A DNA stretch of 64,000 bases. It comes from Rebecca billardiae RCC1528 (taxonomy: Eukaryota; Protista; Haptophyta). Every line of letters starts with the position of its first letter. Within the stretch, counting starts at the first letter, position 1. The DNA is taken from the NCBI GenBank assembly GCA_965240325.2, contig OZ251238.1, forward strand, positions 310,001 through 374,000, written 5' to 3'. The translations under genes and the position numbers were made by a program. The notes under the pieces are model-generated. The model saw only the letters and a program-made list of their open reading frames with translations, ran no database searches and had not been told where the DNA came from. Positions 33,314 to 46,876 of the stretch are shown here, in pieces.

Positions 33314-36300
33314 TCACCGCCGGCCGGAGCGCTTGAGGCCGAGCGCGGGCCCCGGCGTCGAGCCGCGAGAGGAGCCTTCGGCATCGTGCTCGGAGGCGTC
33401 GTCGTCGCGCTCCTCGCCAATGGCGCCCATGCCGAGCTTCACCGAGGGCGAGCGCGGCGTGGAGAAGGGCGTCCCCTGCGCGCCGTCGCCGTCGTCGAGC
33501 GCCTCGACGTTCATCCCATCGCCCTGCTCGTCGCTCGTGCGCGAGCTGCGCGCGCTGGGCCCGCCGAGCACCTCCTGCACCGAGACCTTCCAGTCGCCGC
33601 TGATCGCGCCGACCACGCGCGTGGTGTCGGGCGAGTCGGCCGTGTCACGCGGGTTGAAGAGCTGCCGCGTCGGCCGGCGCTCGTTGCGCCTGTGCACGCC
33701 GGTCGTGTCCGGATCGGCGTGGCTGCGGCGGAGGCCGGACACCTTGCGGGCGCGCGTGAGGCCGCCGCCCGCCGACGCGCCCAGCGCCGCCGACGCGGCG
33801 CCGCCGCCGCCCACGCTGCCGGGCGGCAGGGGGAGCGTGTCGCCGCCGCCCTCCATCCCGGCGCGCGAGCTCTTTCGCCTGGGCGCGCCGCCAGCCGCGC
33901 CGCCGCCCTGCGAGATCTCGGCGAGGCGAGATTGCTTGCGGCCGCGCGTCAGCCCACCACCCCCCTCGACGGCGGCCGCGGCGTCGGCGGCGAGGTCGCC
34001 GCTGTTGTTGCCGCCGCCGCCGCCAAAGGCGAGGCGCGAGTTGAGCCGCCTGCGCGCGAGCTGGCCGCTGCCCGGATGCGGAGGCGAGCTGCCGCCGCCC
34101 TCGTTGATGTCGGCGAGGCGCGAGGCCTTGCGCCCGCGCGCAATCCCGCCGCCGCCGCCGCCGCCGCCGCCCAGCCTGTCCTCCGCCTCCGGGCTCTCGT
34201 CGACCGGCTGCATCGCGCGCGACATGCGCGTGCGCGCGCTGGGCTCGCGGCGCGAGCGCCCGAACACCCAGTTGCTGAAGTCGCCCGACTTCGCCGCCCA
34301 GTCGCCGCTCATCTTCTTGTCGTGCTTGGCGGCGCCGTGGTGCAGCTGCAGCGGCTCGTGCGGAGGCTCCTCCTCGACCGGCTCGTCCGCGTCCTCGCGC
34401 CCGGGCCCCGACTTGGCCCAGTCGAGGGCGGCGGTGGAGACGGAGTACTCGAAGCGGTCGGTGTCCTGCTCGGCCGCGACGACCTCGTCCGTCTGCATCC
34501 GCCCGCGGCGCAGCCCGCCCGGGTTCGCCAGGCTGGACGTGCCCATGCGCGGGCGGCGCAGCACGCCGCGCTCGCCCGCCACCGGCGAGGCGGGTCCGGG
34601 CGAGGCGAGCGGCGTGCCGTTGCCGTCGTACGACTTCTTGCGCGGGCGCCTGATGTGCTGGTTGAGGTGCGGCGCGCCGGCGATCGCCGCGCCGATGTGG
34701 TTGGCGCCCATGTCGACGCCGAAGCTCGCGAGCGTGTGCCCCGCCGCCTCCACCTTGGGGTCGTTCGGCGAGTCGCACGTGCGCTTTGCGATCTCCCACT
34801 CGATGCGCGCGACGTCGTATGGCAGCTTGAACTTGTGCGCGAGCCGCACGGCCTCGCCCCACATCTTGAGCGCCTCGTAGCGGCGGTCGAGGAGCCAGGC
34901 GATCCCGCCCCTGTACAGCAGGAAGCGCGGCGTCGCCGCGCGGAAGCGCGACGCGAACAGCTCGAGCTGCCCCACCGCCTCGGCGGCCAGCTGCTGGTTG
35001 GTCGCGTTGGGCTCGCGCCCGAACGCCTCGACAAACACGTGCGCGATGTGCGAGTACGCAAAGAAGAGGAGGAACTGGGAGGGCATGCGGATGCGGCGCA
35101 TCTCGAGGAGCGAGATCTCGGCGGAGGCGAGCGCGGCGAGCAGGTCGTTCGCGCACAGCAGCTTCGCCATCGCGACGCAGCCGTGCATCGAGACGATCAG
35201 CGGGACAGAGCCAGTCGACTCGAGCCGCCCCTCCAGCCGCTCGAGCTCGGCGGTGGCGGTCTGCACGGCCGAGTGGCGGCCGAGCATGAGGAGCGCGGCG
35301 ACGCGCGTGACGGCGAGCAGCGCGTACATCTGCACGTCCTTCCGCCCCTCCGCCGAGCGCGCCGCCTGCGTGAGCAGCGTCTGCGCCTCCTCCAGCTCGC
35401 CCTGGCACATGAGCACGAGCGCCTTCTGGTTGGCCGACTCCTCAAAGCGGCGCCACATGCCCAGCTCGAGCGCCTTGTCCATCGTGAGCTGGAAGGCCTC
35501 GCACGCCGCGGCCCACTCGCACAGCTCGACGGAGCAGAGCATCCCCTTCATCATCATGCAGTACAGCGTCGTCGGCTCGCGCCGGTTGCGCTCCTCCTCC
35601 GCCGCCTCGGGCAGCAGCTCGCAGATGGCCAGCGCTTCCTTCTGCAGGCGCAGCGCCGTCACGATCGAGCCGGTGCGGCCGTGCGCGAGCGCGGCGGAGG
35701 AGAGCGAGCGCGCGAGCTGCGCGCCGCCCACGCGCGCCGCCACGTCGAGCCCGCGCAGCGTGGCGATGTCGTGCGCGAGCACGTCGCCCATGAAGTAGAA
35801 CGCGCGAGACGCCATCTGGTACCCGAACGCGGTCAGCTCGCACGACAGCTGGCTGGGCGGCGCCGAGCGGAGCGCGCGCGGCGTCTTGGAGCGGATGCCC
35901 AGCGGCATGTTGGCCCACGCGAGCTCGATCGCGAGGATCGCGCGCTTCCGCGCCGCCGAGCCGAGCGGCAGCGGCATGTTGACCACCTCGAGCAGCTCCT
36001 CGAGCGCCTCCATCGCCTCGGCGACCTGGCCGATGCGTAGCGCCGCGTCGGCGAGCGCGGCCGCGTACCCGGCGTGCTTCTCGACGGTGACGCCGAGCTC
36101 GACGCGCTCGTCGGGCGTGCACTTGTGCACGATCGTGAGCACCTCGTTGAGGAACGAGACCGCCTCGTGGTTCGCGTACTGCTTCAGCGCCACCTCCGCG
36201 CACAGCTCGAAGTAGCGCACCGCCTCGCCGTCGAGCTCCGCGCGCTGCCAGTGGTGCGCCAGCACCGGGTAGAAGGACGGCAGCTGCTCCTGGTACTGCT

Positions 36301-39300
36301 CCTCGATCCACTGCGCCACCGCCGTGTGCAGGCCGCGGCGCTGCTGGAACGGCAGCCGCTCGTACACCACGTCCTGCGGCACGCGCGCGCGCGCGCGCGC
36401 ACGCCGGCGGCGCGAGGGGCGCGTGAGACGCGCGCTCGTGGCGCCGCCGCCTGCGCCGCGGCCCGCGCCGCCGCTTGCGGGCGCGCTCTGCGCTGCGCTG
36501 CGCACCCGCACGAGCGCCGACTTGAACGAGTGCGTGTAGAACTTGGAGTTCTCGCACGGCACGAGCAGGCCCATCCCGACGAGCTCGCCCAGGATGCTCG
36601 GCACCTCCGACTTGGAGATGCCCACCTCGGGCAGCATGTGCTTCAGCATCTGCGCGCGCGGACGCGCGCCGCGCGCGCGAGCGCGCGGCGCGGGGCGTGT
36701 GAGGCCGCGGCGCACCGCACCGCCGCCGCGCGCCGCGCGCGCGGCAGCGCACACACCTCGTCGACAAAGTCGTTGCCCGCGACCGACGCGCACTTGAGCG
36801 CCATCAGGTACTTGCGGCCCAGCCGGTCGATGCGCGAGACGATGGCTTGCTCCACCTGCCGTGCGCGCGCGCGCGCGCGTGCGCACGGAGGGCGGCGCGG
36901 GGCAGCGCGTCAGCATGCTGCGCGCGCCGCCGCCAGCGCCGCGGCGCGCGCGCGCGCGCGCGCGCGGCGCGCACCGAGTCCGGGATCTTCTCGCCCCCCT
37001 TCCCGTCCGTGTTGATGTGCACCACGCCCTCCTGCACCGTGAGCAGCCCCTGGTCCTTGAGCAGCTTGACGAGCTCGAGGCAGAAGAAGGGCGAGCCCGC
37101 GCTCTTGGTGCCCAGCAGCTTCGCCGCCTTCTGCGAGAGCGAGCGCGCGCCGAGCTGGTTGCGCGCGATGCGCACGAGCTCGGCGGGCGACATCGGGCCG
37201 AGCGACACGTGCAGCGACGTCTCCTGGTTCAGAATCGTCACGAGGTCGGGCGGCAGCCCCACGCCGGACATGGCCTGCGAGGTGACGAGCAGCGCGCACG
37301 CGCCCTGCGCAGAGAGCGAGATCGAGTTTGAGCCGCGCTTGGGCGCGCCGCTCTGGCCGGCGGCGGTGGCGCCGGGCGCGGCGTCGGCGCTCGGCAGCTC
37401 GGTCACCTCGTCGCCGCTGTCCGCCTCGCCCGTCGCCGCCGCCGCCGTGCCCGCCGAGTCGGAGAGCGCGGCGATCGCGAGCAGCAGCGTCCACGAGGCG
37501 CTGTCGAAGAAGTGCACGTCCTCCATCACGATCACGGTGGGCGCGCGGCGGGAGACGGTGGAGAGCACGTGCACGAGCATCGAGTTGATCGCCTCCGCCT
37601 TCACGTCGTCCGCCATCGCCAGCGTCGCGGGCGTGTGCCACATGCTCAGCCCCAGCACCGGGTTGAGCAGCGACGCGTGCTCGACGTACTCCACTGGCAG
37701 CAGCTCGGCGACGCGGCCGCGCATCGCCACGGCCGCGCGCTCGTTCTCGCCGCCCTGGTCGTCCGTGCGCGGCCCGGTGTTCGGGATGTCGAAGATGCGC
37801 CGGAAGATCGCCTTCCACGGGTACAGCAGCGTCGACGACTCGGTCGACGAGCCGCGCGACGCGAGGATCACCGCCTCGGCGCGGAAGGAGAGCAGCCGCT
37901 TCTGTGCCTCCTCGACAAGCCGAGACTTGCCCAGGCCCGCGTCGCCCACGACGACGACGGTGCGCTGCCGCGCGAGCTCGGCCTTGTTGCGCGCGGGCTC
38001 CTCCTCGGCGTCGTCCGGCTCGAGCGGCGGCGCGAGGCCCTCCGCGCCCGTGATCGCGAGCAGCGCCTCCACGATCGCATGCACCTCCTGCACGCGGCCG
38101 ACAAACTCGGACGCGCGCGCGACCGCGGACGAGCGCCGCTCCGAGTCGTTCGGGTTTGGCGTCTGCTTCTCGTCGTTCTCCTCCTGCTCGAGCTCCATCT
38201 CGTACGGCTCGAGCTGCGCGAACGGGCGGAAGACGGGCACGGGCTCGTCCTTGCCCTTCACCTTGATCGGCTTGAGCACGTCCCAGTCGATCATCTTTGC
38301 GCACTTGGAGTAGGTCTCCTCGTCGCAGTAGACCTCGTTGGTGGCGTTCGACATGTACCGCGCGGCCATGTTCACCTTGTCGCCGTACTCGGTGTACTCG
38401 CAGCGGTGCTCCGCGCCGACGCAGCCGATGAAGACATGCCCAGTCGTCACGCCGATGCACGCCTTCAGCCGCAGCTGCCGCATCGCGTCGCGGATCGCCA
38501 TGCCGCACAGCACCGCGCGCGTCGGGTCGTCGGTGTGCAGGAAGGGCGGCAGCCCAAACGTGATCTTGGTCACCGTCCCCTTGTCGTCGATCGAGATGCG
38601 CGTGATCGTGCCCTCGTACTTGCCCGCAGCGTTCATGATCGCGAGCACCGCCTGCGCGCGGCGCGGCGCGGCGCGGCGCGGCGCGGCGAGCGTCAGCCGC
38701 CGAGCCGAGCGCGGCGGCGGCGGGCGAGCGGGCGCGGCGGGCGCGGCGGGCGTGCGGCCGAGCGAACGCGAGCGAGCGCGCGCGCGTGCGCGCGCACCTG
38801 CTGCAGCTTGCCCACCGAGTCGGTCGAGTTGAGCCGCAGGCGCGTGATGCGCACGAACATCATCGTCGCCTCGCGGAACTCGGTCGAGTACTGCAGCGAC
38901 GACGCGTGCAGGTGGTGGCGCACCGGCCCGGCCGTGTACACGCGCAACGAGTCGAGCAAAGCCTCGCCGCGGCGCGAGAGCAGCTTGCTCTGCATCTGGT
39001 GCACCCACTCGCCGCGCGGCGTGCCCGAGGCGAGCAGCGGCGGCGGCGTGAAGTTGCCCAGCCGGGTCAGCCTGCGGAACCCCTTCCCGTCCCTCGCCAC
39101 CACCTCCGGGTCGGTCACCTCCGTCCCCTCCGGCTTGCGCTTGCCCTCCTCGAGCAGCTCCCAGACCGTCGGGCCGATCACGACCTCGCCGTGGCCGGCG
39201 ATGCCCTCGGCGCAGGACATCTCGTCGAGCGGCGGGCCGGCGACGACGAACTCGCGGCGCTGCCGGTTGCCCACGTCGATGCCGATCCCGCGCCCCGCGC

Positions 39301-41030
39301 CCAGCCCCAGGTGCAGCCGCAGCGTCGTGTCGAAGCCGCCCTGGTAGTGGTCGAGGAGCCGCAGCTGCTCGAGCGCGCACGCGGACGCCATCGCGACGAG
39401 GTCCTCGATCGACTCGCCCGAGGTGGAGGACCAGATCGAGAGCACCGCGTCGCCGGCGAACTTGATCACGTCGCCGTCGTGCTCGTGCACCGTCGTGATC
39501 AGCTGCTCGAAGAAGTGGTTGAGGATGTCGTTGAGCATCTCCGCGCCCGCCTCGCCGCCCTTCTCGCGCTGCAGCCTGCGCGGCGCGAGCGAGAGCGGCG
39601 GAGCAGCGGGGCGAGCGAGCGCGCAGGCACGGCCGCGCGAGGCGGGGTCAGCGCATGGCGTCGCGCGCGCGCGCGCGCCGGGCCCGCGCGGCGCGCGCGC
39701 ACCGCTCGGTGAGCTGCGTGAAGCCGGACACGTCCGAGAAGAGCACGGCGCACTCGATCTCCGACACGTACGCGCCGTGGTGCGTGGGCGCGGGCGCGGT
39801 CGCGTCGGAGAAGAGGCCGTTCTGCAGGCGGCAGACGACCTCGATCGGCACGAAGGCGAAGCAGTTGAACAGCGCGTGGTCCAGCTCCTTCTCTCTCGAC
39901 TCCTCCTCGTCAGCCACGCTCGGGTCCAACTCGACGACGGCGCGCTCGAGCGCTCCCGCCTCGACCACCGCGGACGCGGCCGCGTCTCGCGCCGCCCTGC
40001 GGTGGTCCGAGATGGCGCCGCGCAGCTTGCTCGCCATCTTCCCCTGCAGGAAGCGCCCTTTGCCCGCCTTCGCGTCCTTCGCACCCGCGCCGGCGCCGCG
40101 CGCGTCCGCCCGCGTCGAGCCCGCCGAGCGGAAGAACTCCTTTTTGCTCGAGGACATGTTGCGCGGCGGCGAGGCGGCCGACGCGCCGCTCTCCGCGCAG
40201 CCCACGCTCGTGCCGCGCTCGGAGCCGCCCGCACCGAAGCTGGCGATCGAGCTGGGCCGGAAGAAGGGCGGCCGCGGCACGCCGTGCTGCGAGCTCGAGC
40301 CGCCGGCCGCCGCGCCCGAGTCGGACGCCGTCGAGAGCGTCGAGCTCTGGTGCTGCATCGACTGGCCCGGCAGCGACGGCTTCGAGCCGCCCATGTCGCC
40401 TTGGCTGCAGGCGACTTTGCGCGCGTGGCCGGAGAGCTCTTCGCCGGCGCGGCTCGTGGCGCGCGAGGCGCTCGAGAAGAAGCGGCTCGGCGTGCCAAAT
40501 AGGCCGCCCTGGTCGCCGCTGCCGCTGCTCGCGTGGCTGAGCGCGTTGCGCGTGTCCGTCGTGGACGTCGCGGAAGTTGCCGGGCCCGTCTGCTTCAGGT
40601 TGTCCCAGGGCGCGCGCGCCTTGGTCCCGCCCGAGACACCCAGCGCGGCAGCGAGCGGGCCCGGCGCGTTGCCCTTGCGAGCGCTCCGCGAGACCGAGGA
40701 CGGCGCCGAGGAGTGCGGCGACGGGTTTTCCTCGACCGAGCGCGCGGTCGCTGACGTTTGCGCGCCCTCGCCCTCACCCCGGTAGTCGCCGCCACCAGAC
40801 TCGCTGCTGCCGGTGTCCGAGACGCGCGGTTTGGGCGCGGGCGGGCCGCCGAACACACGCATCGTCAGCGCCTGTGCGGGCCAGTTGTCCTTTGAGCCCA
40901 GCTTCATGCGCCGGACGCCGGAGCTGCTGTGGTTGCCCTCCTGCGACGTGCGGTTCTGCCTCCATCGCGCGCTCAGAGATTGCGAGGCAGGGCCCTCCGA
41001 CTGTGACGACAGCCGCACGCTATCCGCCAT
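33314..41030 (-). CDS. Soluble adenylyl cyclase, ADCY10 type: two class III cyclase domains, STAND/AAA P-loop and TPR-like helices
   Basis: Introns at 39576-39702, 38652-38797, 36856-36974, 36650-36756 and 36374-36505. C1 has VLFSDVSGFTQLTE and VIKFAGDAVL. C2 has IDDKGT and EYTEYGDKVNMAARYM. Other motifs are FVGRVQE, Walker A GDAGLGKS, Walker B VIVMEDVH, and LHTAVAQWIE…LAHHWQRA. Confidence 0.92.
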
Positions 41031-41373
41031 GCCCAACGCCCGACCCTCTGGCGCGCGCTCGCTCGGCGGCGCCAAGGTGCGCGGGACGTGGACAAGGCCA
41101 CCTCCACGCCGGGGAGTTATCAGGCCTATCAGCCAAGGGGGCCTTCGCGAAAGCTAACGAGCAACTACTTATGCCCGCACCATCGTTGTCGGTCAAGAAT
41201 GGAGACGCGAGATTGCTCGCCGGCATACGCGAGATATCACAAGATTGATAGGTGGGTAATGATTAAACCGCCGCCAGCGGCTTCGGTCACAGGCGCTTTT
41301 TCCCGATGCAGGCTTTTTCGCGTGAAAAAGTGTGGGAAAATAAAGACCGCCGCCGCCGAAGACGACAATCATC

Positions 41374-42096
41374 ATGGTTGCCGTGCCAGCGGCGCTCGCG
41401 CTCGTTGCGCTTGCTTTCGCGGGCCAGGGCGGTCCCAGGGCGACGCCGCTGCGCCCTGTCGGACTGTCTGCGCCCGGCTACAGGTGTGCCGCGCGGATGA
41501 TGTCCGACGCCAGCGCGCCACGTCCTGCAGGTGAGGACCCCGAGTCGGCGGCCGAGGCGAATGAGCTGGCTGGCGGAACAGACGCGGCGGCCCCCGAGGC
41601 GACAGAGCGGAAACCATTCCTCCGGCGCCTCTTCAGCAGCGGACCGAAGCTCGACAAGGAGAGCCTGGCCAAGCTTGGCAGCTCGTTCGTTCTCTCGTAC
41701 GGCTTCGTCTCGAACATGAACGCCGGCCTGCTGATCATCATCTCGTGGGTGACCTTCCGCCGCGCGAACCCGCTCCTCTCGCCGCTGAACGCGGCGGCGA
41801 GCCTCGGACCCGTGCCCGTCCCGTCGCCAACGCCACAGTTTCTCCTCGTCTACGGCGGGTACTACGCGACGATCGGCAACCTCCTGCGGCCCGTGCGCTT
41901 TGCACTGGCGACGGCGCTGTCCCCCGCCTTCACGCGCTCGGTCAAGTACCTGCGCGAGAAGGGCGGCATGAACCGCGCCCTCGCGATCGCAACGGTCGTC
42001 TTCATCGCCAACATCGTGGGCACGTGCGTGCTCATTGTTGGCGGCGTGCGGCTGGCGTGCCTGCTCGCGCAGGTGCCCGTCTTCCCGCCCAAGTAG
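41374..42096 (+). CDS. Plastid-targeted membrane protein, FAM210/DUF1279-like
   Basis: Signal peptide ending LA-F plus transit-like region, then KLGSSFVLSYGFVSN…NLLRPVRFALATALSPAF. Confidence 0.7.
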   Translation: MVAVPAALALVALAFAGQGGPRATPLRPVGLSAPGYRCAARMMSDASAPRPAGEDPESAAEANELAGGTDAAAPEATERKPFLRRLFSSGPKLDKESLAKLGSSFVLSYGFVSNMNAGLLIIISWVTFRRANPLLSPLNAAASLGPVPVPSPTPQFLLVYGGYYATIGNLLRPVRFALATALSPAFTRSVKYLREKGGMNRALAIATVVFIANIVGTCVLIVGGVRLACLLAQVPVFPPK

Positions 42097-44531
42097 CCGG
42101 GCAGTATGCGCCCGGCTGTCAGAGTCATGCAGCACTGCCAAGCCGTCGCTTCGATCCAAGCAATCTCCGAGCTGCCCGTGGTAGGTGGCTGTTTGCACCA
42201 GCCAGTGCTCGGCTGCATGCATCCTCGCTGTCGCGCTGGCAGCGCCGTCGGCGGCGGCACTAAGGCGCAGGAGCCCGGCACCGCTCACATGTGGCGGGAT
42301 ATCACTTCATGCGTTCACCACGCTCACTGCAGACTGCTGCGCGATTGACCTCGGAACATTTGGCGAGGCCAGGCGCGGCATCATGATCATAATTAAAATG
42401 ATAAGTTATTCATCAGGCGTCCAGGCGACTCCGCGACCGCGGCTAACAGCGTCGCGGCGGCGCGCAGCGCTGAGCGCATTCGGTCGGCGGGCCCGGAGCA
42501 CGGGGCGGCCCCGGTGGCCGTGAACTTCGTAATTCGGTCGTACCGTAGCGTCTTAACCCGCCTACCGTTGTGCCGTGTAGTGGATGAACGGACCGCGCCG
42601 CCCTATAATTGTGGACGAACGGCGCCAGTTTTTCCTATGTAGAGCTCGGGTGTCGCGGAGGCAATGAGTGAGATCGGCGGCTACCGCCGAGTGTGCGCCT
42701 GGCCAAGGCGCGTCCAACGAGCCGCCAAGAACGTCGCGTCATATAGCCCCTCCCCAGCGCCGTCCGCAGCCGATCGTTTGCTGGAGTCGGAGCTGAGAAT
42801 CTGGTGTGAAAAAATGGTTTTCGCGGCTCCGCCTGTAGGCCTTGAGCTTCGGCCGGGAGGGCGCGCACGGTATTTTTGGGAGCTCCCCGAAAGCAGCCCG
42901 GGCGGGGAAATCCGTAGTCGTAGTAGAGGCCGATCGGATGAAAATGGCATCACTTATAATATGACCGCGTTCCGCGGTCCTTCCATAGAACCAACGTAGT
43001 TAGGGGCCCGCGGTGCACCCTCCGTCGGCATATGCTGTCCGTCCAACGCGCGGCCGTAGCGGCAGCAGCAGCGCGGAGCGCCGTCGAGCACGCGCGGCAA
43101 ACGAATAATGGAATATTATGCAGCGCGGGCGAGTCGACGGTCTGGAAAATGCGCGATCACGCCACAGCAGGCTGGCAGAGCCCGCCCGAGCTGCAGCATG
43201 CGCCGTAGGTGCTGCCCCAAGCTCTCGACTGCCCGTAAGCGGCGGCATGTGCGGCGGCGCCGGCGGCGGCCATGCTGCCCCGCCGTTGCGCGCCGCGGGG
43301 CGCTGCCGGCACCTCCGTGGTGAAGCGCACAGCGCTCGAGCCCACAGGGGCTGGCGACCGTCAAACCGACACCCCATGACGCGGGGCTGCGTGTGCCAGC
43401 TGCGCGCACCCCCTGGGCCCACCTGGCCCGCTCGAGCAGCTCGCGCCTTGGGTGCGCACAGCGGCTCGAGCATACCGTGGTATGGGACGCCTGCTGCGGT
43501 GCCGCCGAGCACGTGCGGCCGAGGGTCACGCAGCACGGGCGACTCGACGGCGGCGAGCAGGCGCGACGGCCTCGCCGCGCCGCGGTAGAGCCTGCCCGGG
43601 CTGCAGCACGCCGTAGGAGCAGCCCAGCGCCCTCCTCCGCCCTCCAGCTTCGGCGCGCGTAGCAGGCCCGGCGGCGGCCATGCTGGCGTGCCCAAGCAAG
43701 CAGGCAGATGGGCGCGGCCGGCCGCGCCGTCGCAAAGCGCGCAGAACTCGAGCTCGGGGGGGCGGACGGCCGCCAAACTGGCGCCGCAGGACGTGGCACT
43801 GCGTGCGCCAGCTGCGCGCACCCGCTGCGCCCGCGTAGCCCGTGCGAGCGCCGCGCCTCGAGCACACGCCGCAGCAGCTCGACACAGCCACTGCAGCGCG
43901 CACGCAGCCTGCACGCCGTGGCCCGTCGGCATCTTGGAAGCCGCGGAGAGCGTGTGCTTTCCCCGCACGACGGCGGTAGCTGCCGCGATGTATACGAGCG
44001 TGCTGCCGCGCCGGCCGCCGCTGCCCGGCCGCCGCGCCGGCCTCCACTCCGCGCCCGCTGCGCGTCCGCAGCTGGCAGCTGCGCTGCTGCGCCCGCCGTC
44101 AGCCGGCGGCGGTGCGGCTGCCCGCGCTCGCTGGGCGACCACTCGATGATGCGCGCAGCGTAAAGTGCGCGCTGGGCACCTCCTCGTCGCGTGCAATTTC
44201 GAGGTAGTCCTGCATCTGCTCCTGCATCAGCCCCTCCCACCCTGCGCGCGGGCGCGGACGGAGTCGCACGCACGCGGTCCGATCGACGATCGATCAGAGG
44301 GCGCGGGCCGCGGCAGGACGGGCGTCGACGCGCAGGTTAGTTAGGTATGGTGCCGGCGCTTCCCGCAGGCGTTGCGCGCTTGGGGCGAGTGGGGCGCGTG
44401 GGCGAGACCAGCAGCCAGCCAGCCCACGCCACCGGGCGGACCGGCGCGAGGGCACCGGCGCGGCGCGCACGCCTTTGCACGGCATCCTCGCCCGCTGCCT
44501 CGGGCGTGTCGCGCCTCCCGCAATAAACGCT

Positions 44532-44826
44532 GGCGGGCGGGTAACCTGTTTTCACAAGCGCCTCTCTTTCATTATGGGCTTATGGCACAGGAGTACACTG
44601 GACGAGGTTCATCCATCGAGGCAAGCGGGTAACTGGCTTTAAATAGCGCTATTCAAAAGAATCTCAATCTCTTTCAATATTATGAGGAGGTTCATCCATC
44701 GAGGCAGGCGGGTAACTTGGTTGGACAAGCGCTATTGAAAAGAATCTCTTTTAATATGACGAGGCGGTTCATCCATCGAGACAGACGGGTAACGTATTTG
44801 AACAAGCACTATTCAAAAGAATCTGG
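44532..44826. repeat. Degenerate AT-rich tandem repeat, about 80 bp x3 plus a partial copy
   Basis: GGTTCATCCATCGAG..CGGGTAAC…AGC[G/A]CTATT[C/G]AAAAGAATCT recurs at about 44606, 44689 and 44766. Confidence 0.85.
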
Positions 44827-46876
44827 CTTCATAGCTGTTTTCGACCCAAAACAATCAAACGTCGCTCGGCAAACTCGTACTTCAGCATACAAGAGGGATA
44901 GGAATACTCACTTGTTTCACCCCCGGGGTATCTGATCCCACGTCCGTCCATAGTAGATACAAGAATTGCAGCGGGCGCGGCCTTTTAAGCTAGCTGTGAT
45001 GGACAGCATACCCCCCTCAAAAAGTCGAAAACTCACCCTCCAACAGCCCTCAAAATCGTCCCCCATCCCCTTTTCTTTGATCAAAAGATCTTTTTGACAA
45101 CGTAGTGAGGGCCCCCGGCGGGGCTCCACGCTACGCGCTCCGCCCTGCACCGCGGGCCATTAAATACTCTGCCCTGGCGGGCGGGGGGGTCGGCGGGCCG
45201 CGCGTGCCAGTGCTGTCGCAATGTATCCTCTGCGGGGTCGCGTCTTTCCACATTCGTTCGTGGCCGTGGGTGACGGACAGTCGAGTGCAAGGACCAGTGA
45301 CACGTGAAGTTGGCTCCCCTGAACGTGTACAGTACAAGTCTCAGTCTGTACTCTAGTATGCGCATCAGCGAGGCCCACACCCACGAGGGAATGTGCAGCA
45401 CGCGGGGCGGGACGGGTAGCCGTTGCTCCGCGCGAGCGTGGGTACGCGCTGTATGTGCCGCATCTCGACCGCGATGGCGTAATCGAGCGCCGCGCCGCCG
45501 ACGAAGCCGCCAGAGTAGATCATGTGCCATGTCCTCCTGCCGCCAGCCGAGAGCGGTCGCCGCGAGGATGCTTGCCGACACGAGCGCGTTGACGTTCACG
45601 CGGTCGTCGCTCTTCGCATCTTCGACAGGTCTGGCGCCCGCGTGCTCGGCGGCACGAGGAGCTGTTGGTTGTGCGCGCGCGCGCGCACAGCGACAGCGTG
45701 TGCCACTCGCGATCGAGAGTGGGCAAGCGCTGCTCACGCGGGCACACGAATCGCGGCGCATCCGTCACCGGCGTGACGACTTCCGCCTCGTCCCGCAGCG
45801 CCTGCGCCATGGACGAGGATGGCGCGGCGATGTTGCATGCTCGACGTTTCGTCTCTCTGCGGATGGCATCACGGGCTTGTCTGTGTCGCGCTGCGGCGAG
45901 GGACGCCAACTCGCGATGACGCGGTTGCTGCCACGGCGACAGACCCGGGAGGTGCGTCCGCTGCGCGTCGTACGCCGTTGGCGCTGCGCTTCCGTCGCAT
46001 TGGTCACCGTCGACGCCATGCAGGCCGGACGTGGGCTTCGGCTGAGGGACCGGACCGCGAGCAATGACTGAGTCCGGTGCGCGGATTCCGGCGATCGAGT
46101 TCAAGGCCGCGCCAAATCTTGCGTCGCGTGCGATGGCGCTTCCCGCCCGCGAGACGCCTCGTGATGAGGGCTTTATCGCACCGAGCCCGACGCGCGACGG
46201 TGGATCGCGCGAGGCGGTCATCGTGCGCAGCGCATGATGCTATGGCCGGTGCGAGCTTTCGACGTGCACGTCGGGCGAGGATCGCCCCAGGTCGCACGAT
46301 CGTGTCGACGCGCCGAGCGTACTGCTCCAAACGGGTCGATTTGGGCCCTGTTCGACCTGCACGCGAGACGACGAGGGCAGCAATCGCGAATCGGGCGAAA
46401 ATCCGTCTAGGGAATCCTCGCGCGATGTCCGCGCCGGCGTTGGATTTGGCGCGCGCCGCCCATGCGCTCCGCGCCATGACGCAACTCTTTTTCGGCCGAG
46501 CGTCCCCAGTGGGAGCTGCGAGGGCGCCCGGTAGTGAGCGAAGCGATTTTCTTTTCTCTGCGAGGCGATTTTCTTTTCCCCTTTTCTTTTTCTTATCTTT
46601 TTCCCGGGCACTACAAGGGGCGGACCTACGGCCCGCCATTCAGAAAGGCGCGGCAGCATAGAACTGAAGAACCTGAAATCTGCGCTCACGAGGCCCAGGT
46701 TGGTCATCAAGTCGGCTCGGCGTCTCGTCCGCCAAGCCGGGCGTCTCGACCTCGATCGACCGCGCCGCCCGCGTCATGCGGAGGCAGCGCGCGGCACTCG
46801 TGCTCTGTTGTGAGTCGGACACGACTCATACTGAGTCGCCCAAGGGTGTCAGCCAAGGCCAGTGGTCAAGAGCTCG

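Noticed and set aside
43000-44196. 398-aa minus ORF with RAPKLEGGGG, resembling the LINE post-RT motif
   Set aside because: A single weak motif with no RT core (no YADD-like motif).
44532-44826. AT-rich repeats as CRISPR
   Set aside because: Whole units, including the would-be spacers, are homologous and degenerate.
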